Positions 44,372-49,579 of a stretch of 49,579 nt of DNA are shown piece after piece. Under the pieces are notes generated by a model. It was not told where the DNA came from. It did not search any database and saw only the letters and a program-made list of their open reading frames with translations. The stretch's first letter is position 1, and each line of letters begins with the position of its first letter. This stretch comes from a virus (taxonomy: Duplodnaviria > Heunggongvirae > Uroviricota > Caudoviricetes). The stretch spans positions 64,067-113,645 of the IMG/VR virus record IMGVR_UViG_3300021354_000001; one strand, written 5' to 3'. Both the position numbers and the translations under genes were made by a program.

Positions 44372-45436
44372 TTATAAGTTTACAACTCCATTATTAATAT
44401 AATTATCTCTAGAAATATTCCATACATCATTTTCAACAGCCCAATCAAGACTATCAATGATAGAATAAACTCCTGGATAATCTTTCCCTTTGTGTGAAAA
44501 GCCTTCTTCTGCAAGCTTCATAGAATCAGCACTCATTGTATAAATCAATGGACTCATATAATTTGTGCTATCACAAACTATGAATTGTGGAAAGAGAATA
44601 GTATAATCACCATAACCCATTTCACTAGCCCAAGATGCTGCAGCATGAAAATATAGATAGCCTTGGATGTATGCTCTACGATAGAGATAGTATTCTTCAT
44701 AGAATCCTTCTACAGACCATGTACATTTCAAATCATACACTTGAACTGTTTTCTTCTGATGATCAACTACTAATTTATCCATCATACTTTTGAACAAATG
44801 TCCATTGACACTATATCCTTCAACCTGTAATTGATTATACACTGAATATCGTGAACTATTAACTAAGTTTACAATTTCTGCAGTGATAGGATTAGTCTTT
44901 AGTTCTTCTACAATCTTTGTAGCATTATCAATCTCTTGTGTTGTTACCACTGTAAGACCTTTAGCCCTAACTTCTCTTATCTCTTTATAATACACTTCTG
45001 CATCACTTCCTATGAATTTAGCAAGAACAGCATCTAATTTGATTTTAAATCCACTATCAATATGTGCATCTCTAGCTATTTCTTCAAAGTTTCTGGTAAC
45101 ATTACCATCATCATCTGTAGCTTCTGCTGTGTGTTTATACAATGCTTCTACAAAAGCTAACATTAAACTTGTAGGAGCTGTTAAACATACAGATAGATGG
45201 AACTTATCATCAAATAACTCAGGTTCTAAAAGTAGTGTTTCTACTACCCTTCCTGTTGTAGCAGCTTTATTATCTTCTTCTTCCACTCTTTCATTAAGAA
45301 TATACTTCTTATAGTATTTCTTTCTATTCATTGAAAACTCTTTCAAACTTGAAGAGCTATCCATTATTACAGCTCTATATTGAGCTTCTGTCTTAACTTG
45401 TCCTTGTATCATTCTGTTTCTGTTTAAATGCGTCAA
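44372..45436 (-). CDS. PD-(D/E)xK exonuclease (RecE/ExoVIII-like)
   Basis: SSSSLK, KSMMDKLV..VYDLKCT, Y.QGYLY; start may be at 45412. Confidence 0.75.
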   Translation of the reverse strand: MTHLNRNRMIQGQVKTEAQYRAVIMDSSSSLKEFSMNRKKYYKKYILNERVEEEDNKAATTGRVVETLLLEPELFDDKFHLSVCLTAPTSLMLAFVEALYKHTAEATDDDGNVTRNFEEIARDAHIDSGFKIKLDAVLAKFIGSDAEVYYKEIREVRAKGLTVVTTQEIDNATKIVEELKTNPITAEIVNLVNSSRYSVYNQLQVEGYSVNGHLFKSMMDKLVVDHQKKTVQVYDLKCTWSVEGFYEEYYLYRRAYIQGYLYFHAAASWASEMGYGDYTILFPQFIVCDSTNYMSPLIYTMSADSMKLAEEGFSHKGKDYPGVYSIIDSLDWAVENDVWNISRDNYINNGVVNL

Positions 45437-45448
45437 TAATTACCAAAT

Positions 45449-45691
45449 TTATTTTTCAAAAGTTTGAAGAAAAGCATCAATTACATAAGGATACATTGCT
45501 CTTATTTCTCTTGGTACATGTTGAAAAAACCATTTCACTTCTATGCCATATTCATTTCCATGAGGATCAACTCCTTGTGGATGTATTAACCAGAATTGAT
45601 GTGTTTCTTCACCCAGTGTAACAGATCCTTCATACCAAACTTCTGTAAATGAAGGTGTTTTGTTGATTTCAATCTTTACTTGATCACTCAT
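45449..45691 (-). CDS. Hypothetical protein
   Basis: ORF packed within the operon. Confidence 0.55.
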   Translation of the reverse strand: MSDQVKIEINKTPSFTEVWYEGSVTLGEETHQFWLIHPQGVDPHGNEYGIEVKWFFQHVPREIRAMYPYVIDAFLQTFEK

Positions 45692-46083
45692 TTTTTATCT
45701 AATTTTGTTTTTACATCATGACATGCTGTACAAAGCACTTGTAAGTTATCCTGCTCACAAAATAATCTATTAACAAATCCTGGTAGGTCATTAGCACAAT
45801 TCAATGAACCAGCTCCTACAATATGATCAACGTTAATATTCTTCTCTGCAAACCATTCCTTACATTGATTACACTTGTATTCAAACTTTTGTCGTTTATT
45901 AGGACCTTTATATGCTCTACGAGCTTTCATTTTACATTCTGTAATAGGTTTCCACCATCTGCTCTTCTGCCTAAGACCACTTCTAATAAAACTCCAAAAA
46001 GCTGATTCAGTCATTGTACCAGCATTTCTAACCTTAGCAGTTTTAACTCTAGGTGTTCTCTTTGTAACTTTCTTCTTTATCAT
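45688..46083 (-). CDS. HNH endonuclease (CxxC..DH..N..CxxCH)
   Basis: YKCNQC, NVDHI, NLQVLCTACHDVKT. Confidence 0.85.
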   Translation of the reverse strand: MIKKKVTKRTPRVKTAKVRNAGTMTESAFWSFIRSGLRQKSRWWKPITECKMKARRAYKGPNKRQKFEYKCNQCKEWFAEKNINVDHIVGAGSLNCANDLPGFVNRLFCEQDNLQVLCTACHDVKTKLDKK

Positions 46084-46098
46084 AGTTAATAATTAAAA

Positions 46099-46136
46099 TA
46101 GCCCTAGAGAAATTAATCCCTAGGGCTACAAATTTA
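46099..46136 (-). terminator. rII terminator hairpin immediately preceded by a -7 promoter element
   Basis: TAGCCCTAG/CTAGGGCTA 9-bp stem plus U tract; TAAATTTG (46136-46129) begins with the rIIB stop codon. Confidence 0.7.
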
Positions 46137-47636
46137 ATCTATTTCTACGATTCTTTTAGAAATTTCATGCTTAATTTCATCAAGACTCTTTACAATAGTG
46201 TACATCTCTACAGCAGATAAAGCTGGTAGATTGAAATCATGCTTCTTAGCTTCAGCAGTGAAACCTTCTTTAGCTTTCTCAGCTAAATTATCTAATTCAC
46301 GCACAGCATAAGCTTCATCAAGTTCTAATGTATCAAATTCAAGGTCATGTAAAATCTCTGTTGCTTCATCACGAGGAACAGTCATGATTGGTAAATATTC
46401 ATAACATCTACCTTTAGCAGTACCAATACCTACCACCTTCATAGGATTGATGAGAACAAGCACGCTTGTATCACCACATCCTACATAATGAATTTGGTCA
46501 CTAGTAAAATGTAATCCTGCAGCAGCACAATCTTGTGTACTCCAGTTACAATCACTCATTGGCATACTTACAGGTCTACCAATACGAATATCAAATGTTT
46601 TGGTCCAATCATCTGTAAATCTATTCTCTGCTCTATTAGGCAAATCTAGATATAGTTCTGTTAGGTTACCAATCTTCTCACCATGATCAACAGTGACAAT
46701 ATCCTCATATCTACCTTCACCATCACATTCTGGACAATTAGTATCTTCATCATATTCTGGATCTATTCCTCTTCCATCACAATATTCACAAACCATCATT
46801 CCACCTTCATACATAGCTTCTGTATGAACTAGTTTATATTCACCATTCTGTAAGAAGACAAAATACTCATTAGGCTTCTTCTTCCATACAGCTTTCACTT
46901 TATTATAAGCATTGCTTATGAAATGTACAAGCTCAGGAGATCCATGTAATGTAACAACATTACGAAGAGCTACAAAGAAACCTTGTTTAGTGATTCTGAA
47001 GCTGTTGTCTTTTAAGAATCTATACAACTCATTAGCAACCTCAGCTCTTGGATTCAAGCAACACCACATGAAGAAGCGTTTTAAAGCTACATACTCTTCA
47101 TCTTGTTTGATTAAATCATTTAACTCACGTTCATCTAATGTACTGCTAAATGGATAACTACCGATGATTGATAAGAACTCTTCTACCATAATTGTAGGAA
47201 GACTTCTGTTGATTCCTTTTATATACAAAGAACCACCAATCATTTCAAAATCATCAAACTTAGCTAGATATTCAGCACCTTGTTGAACAGCTTTAGCTTT
47301 CTTATATTCAGCCTCTGCTTTCACTCTTTCTTCTACCACTTCTGCTGCACCTACAATATTCAATAAGCAAAGTTCTGTTTTACACTCCCTAGCTTTATGA
47401 AAATCTGCTGATGTTGCACTAGACTTGGTAAGAATACTACCATCATTTAACACAATAGTTAAATTGTCATTTACCATTTTGATGTTAGCATAAGGCTTAC
47501 CACCTGCAGAGATGGAAGAAGGAGCTTCTGCTCCCTCTTCTTTACCTAATTCATCGAACGCTTGTTCAATTTTGTTCTCTACTACTTTTTCGATTGTGCG
47601 TTCAATAGCACTTTTAAACCACTTTAAACTTAGCAT
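46134..47636 (-). CDS. rIIB-like protein with inserted DnaJ-type Zn finger
   Basis: NP..ELYRFL..ITKQGFFVALR; IG.PVSMP..C..GLH; VLINP..V; CEYCDGRG..CPECDGEG. Confidence 0.75.
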   Translation of the reverse strand: MLSLKWFKSAIERTIEKVVENKIEQAFDELGKEEGAEAPSSISAGGKPYANIKMVNDNLTIVLNDGSILTKSSATSADFHKARECKTELCLLNIVGAAEVVEERVKAEAEYKKAKAVQQGAEYLAKFDDFEMIGGSLYIKGINRSLPTIMVEEFLSIIGSYPFSSTLDERELNDLIKQDEEYVALKRFFMWCCLNPRAEVANELYRFLKDNSFRITKQGFFVALRNVVTLHGSPELVHFISNAYNKVKAVWKKKPNEYFVFLQNGEYKLVHTEAMYEGGMMVCEYCDGRGIDPEYDEDTNCPECDGEGRYEDIVTVDHGEKIGNLTELYLDLPNRAENRFTDDWTKTFDIRIGRPVSMPMSDCNWSTQDCAAAGLHFTSDQIHYVGCGDTSVLVLINPMKVVGIGTAKGRCYEYLPIMTVPRDEATEILHDLEFDTLELDEAYAVRELDNLAEKAKEGFTAEAKKHDFNLPALSAVEMYTIVKSLDEIKHEISKRIVEID

Positions 47637-47648
47637 GTTTTTGTTTTT

Positions 47649-49579
47649 TTAAATTGTTTGTAATTGTTCAATAGATTCATCTGTCAGAGTTTCTTCCAAG
47701 GAAGCATCTTCATTAAGCTTAATTGTGTAATGTTCAAGATTCACTCTATGTTTGTGATACTTAAACAAATCAGCAATAGCAACATTTAATACATCTGTAT
47801 AATCAACCACATCACTAGTAGGATATGGTAGTTGATACATTATTGCATTCAAGAAAGGAAGCTTTGTAAACACTTCTTTCACACCCTTATATATGGTGTA
47901 TATTTCTTGATCGAATAGGTTGTGCTCTGTAGCTAAATCTATGATTTCTTTCTTTGTACTATCATCTGCATATCTTTGTTGATATTTACTATGATAGTTT
48001 TGTAAAAGAGTTAATTTATCACTTAAGTCTTTAGATATAGAAGAAATTCTTATTCTTCTGTCAAATGTGGCTTTATGTTGTCTTATAAATTCCTCAATAA
48101 GAAACTCTGTAGCCATTGTTCTAAATGGTCTGTTCTTACCTTCCATAAATTTTTCCATAGTTATCCAGTTATGTAAATCTGCCTCTTTTAAAGTTTTAAA
48201 TGTACTATCTGCAACAAGAACTAAATTAATTTGCTGATTAAAAGCAGACCAAAGACAATCCATCTTCTTTCTGTCTTCTTCTTTAGCATATACATACAAC
48301 TTCTTTAGTTTATGAGCTTCTTCTAATTTAAATGTTGTAGGAACAAACTTACAATACTGATCACTTACAGACTTTTCTAAACGTGAACCCACCTTACCAG
48401 AGAACTCACCTTTAAGTCTCACCTTCCTTTGACCACTAGCAGTGGTAGTAGAAGATAACACTTTCATTCTTTTAGCCTTTTGTTGATCTATCCATGTTTG
48501 TGGAATATCAATAGCATCTAAATCAATGAAATCTTTAGCAATCATGCTTACAATAAGCTGAAACTCCTTAATCACTTGTCTCCATTGAGCTTTTGGATAA
48601 AGACCAAGATCTAAAACAGAATAGTAAGTTTTGTAATCAGTCTTACTAGCTTTACCTAATTTGAAAGTTTCTTTCTTACAAAACCAGTGATTTTTATTAT
48701 CACTTGCTATTTGAGTTCTTAGATAGTCTTGTTTACCTTTAGTAAGCTTATCAGAAAACAAATAAACATTTCCTGCATTATAGCTTGTAAGATCTTCTGT
48801 TCTAATACAGTCATAATAGTAGTTCTTAACAGCATTAAATCTTCCGCCATTAAACTTAAACTTAAGTTTATATTCACCTAATGTATAATCTTTAGTGGTG
48901 GTAGCAAGTCTTTCTAGGTTTAATAACTCAATTCCTTCTAGTTTAGGTTGTATCATAGGAATAGTTGCATATTTCATAAGCTCCTTGATATCCACTCTAT
49001 CTTTACCACTATTAAAGAAACTATCAACACTTCTTTTTCTACTACCATAGAATTCTAAAACAGATTTTGCATCAGCTTTTACAGAAATAGATTCATTAAA
49101 TTTCTCCATGAATACATCTGCCACCTTAGCTATTTTAGCTAATATTGTCTTTTTAGCCTCTTGTGTATATCTGATAGCCTCTCTATTAGGAGTTGGGAAT
49201 AAACCATCACTCAATGTAAATCTCAATGCTACAGGAATATCTATTCTATCAATACCAAGCTTTTCCCAATCAATAGGATAGCTAACATTGTCCAAGCATA
49301 AATGCATATAATCATTCTGTGCTAATCCAGAGAATTGAAAATGTTCAGCTCTATGGATAACAAAATCATTAGGAACAGCATAACCAATAGATTGGTCTAC
49401 ATCAAAATATACACTCTCAAAATAAGCTAATTGCTCTTTGATCTTTTTAGTAAATGAATGTCTGTCATAATATGCTACAGGAACAATCACCTTTACACCA
49501 TTGCACTCATGTGTTTTTGTTTCATACAAAAGGTCAATACTGTTTGTATCTTCTCCTTCGTACATCATATACTTACGTT
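47649..49579 (-). CDS. rIIA-like protein, C-terminal part (N-terminus beyond the window)
   Basis: Directly upstream of rIIB; GVKVIVPV and PNREAIRY motifs; frame open to the window end. Confidence 0.7.
   Translation of the reverse strand, partial: RKYMMYEGEDTNSIDLLYETKTHECNGVKVIVPVAYYDRHSFTKKIKEQLAYFESVYFDVDQSIGYAVPNDFVIHRAEHFQFSGLAQNDYMHLCLDNVSYPIDWEKLGIDRIDIPVALRFTLSDGLFPTPNREAIRYTQEAKKTILAKIAKVADVFMEKFNESISVKADAKSVLEFYGSRKRSVDSFFNSGKDRVDIKELMKYATIPMIQPKLEGIELLNLERLATTTKDYTLGEYKLKFKFNGGRFNAVKNYYYDCIRTEDLTSYNAGNVYLFSDKLTKGKQDYLRTQIASDNKNHWFCKKETFKLGKASKTDYKTYYSVLDLGLYPKAQWRQVIKEFQLIVSMIAKDFIDLDAIDIPQTWIDQQKAKRMKVLSSTTTASGQRKVRLKGEFSGKVGSRLEKSVSDQYCKFVPTTFKLEEAHKLKKLYVYAKEEDRKKMDCLWSAFNQQINLVLVADSTFKTLKEADLHNWITMEKFMEGKNRPFRTMATEFLIEEFIRQHKATFDRRIRISSISKDLSDKLTLLQNYHSKYQQRYADDSTKKEIIDLATEHNLFDQEIYTIYKGVKEVFTKLPFLNAIMYQLPYPTSDVVDYTDVLNVAIADLFKYHKHRVNLEHYTIKLNEDASLEETLTDESIEQLQTI

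Larger units (their letters stand above)
1..49579. mobile_element. Segment of a large lytic tailed-phage genome, crAss-like/phi14:2-related, probable Bacteroidota host
   Basis: Virion RNAP, fibre, lysozyme cassette, PhoH/dUTPase/RecA/NrdJ/rIIA/rIIB; dense two-block strand organisation; Bacteroidota-type promoters; no cellular housekeeping genes. Confidence 0.9.

Noticed and set aside
44372-46083. Exonuclease and HNH genes as an anti-phage defence system
   Set aside because: Context is an ordinary phage replication/recombination operon
1-49579. Stop-codon reassignment as in some crAss-like phages
   Set aside because: Very long ORFs and dense coding under the standard code; TAG and TGA end plausible genes
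1-49579. tRNA/rRNA genes, integrase, att sites
   Set aside because: None recognised; intergenic gaps are short and explained by promoters and terminators (no covariance search was run)

Overview
The whole window looks like part of a large, AT-rich lytic phage genome, most likely crAss-like (phi14:2-related) infecting a Bacteroidota host. Host evidence: TAnnTTTG/TTTG promoters and A-rich starts with no Shine-Dalgarno sequence. The + strand (1-35086) carries virion and late genes: a giant virion RNA polymerase (DFDVD motif) fused to a Dda/RecD-like SF1B helicase, a second giant cargo protein, a Gly-Thr-Ser-repeat fibre, a lysis cassette, small 'anchor + payload' putative virion-surface proteins and about ten Lys-rich GG-motif paralogs. 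The - strand (35096-49579) carries replication/metabolism genes (PhoH, dUTPase, RecA, class II RNR, exonuclease, HNHs, rIIB, rIIA). The most striking candidate system is a phage-encoded protein-glycosylation/surface-display set. It has three glycosyltransferase loci: a four-domain methyltransferase-GT-GT-heptosyltransferase polyprotein, a plant GT95/GT96-like enzyme, and a GT2 + methyltransferase pair. These sit among mucin-like poly-Thr-tailed proteins. One protein sharing the same putative anchor module carries an LCIB/theta-type carbonic anhydrase domain. All family assignments come from motif recognition by eye, not database searches.
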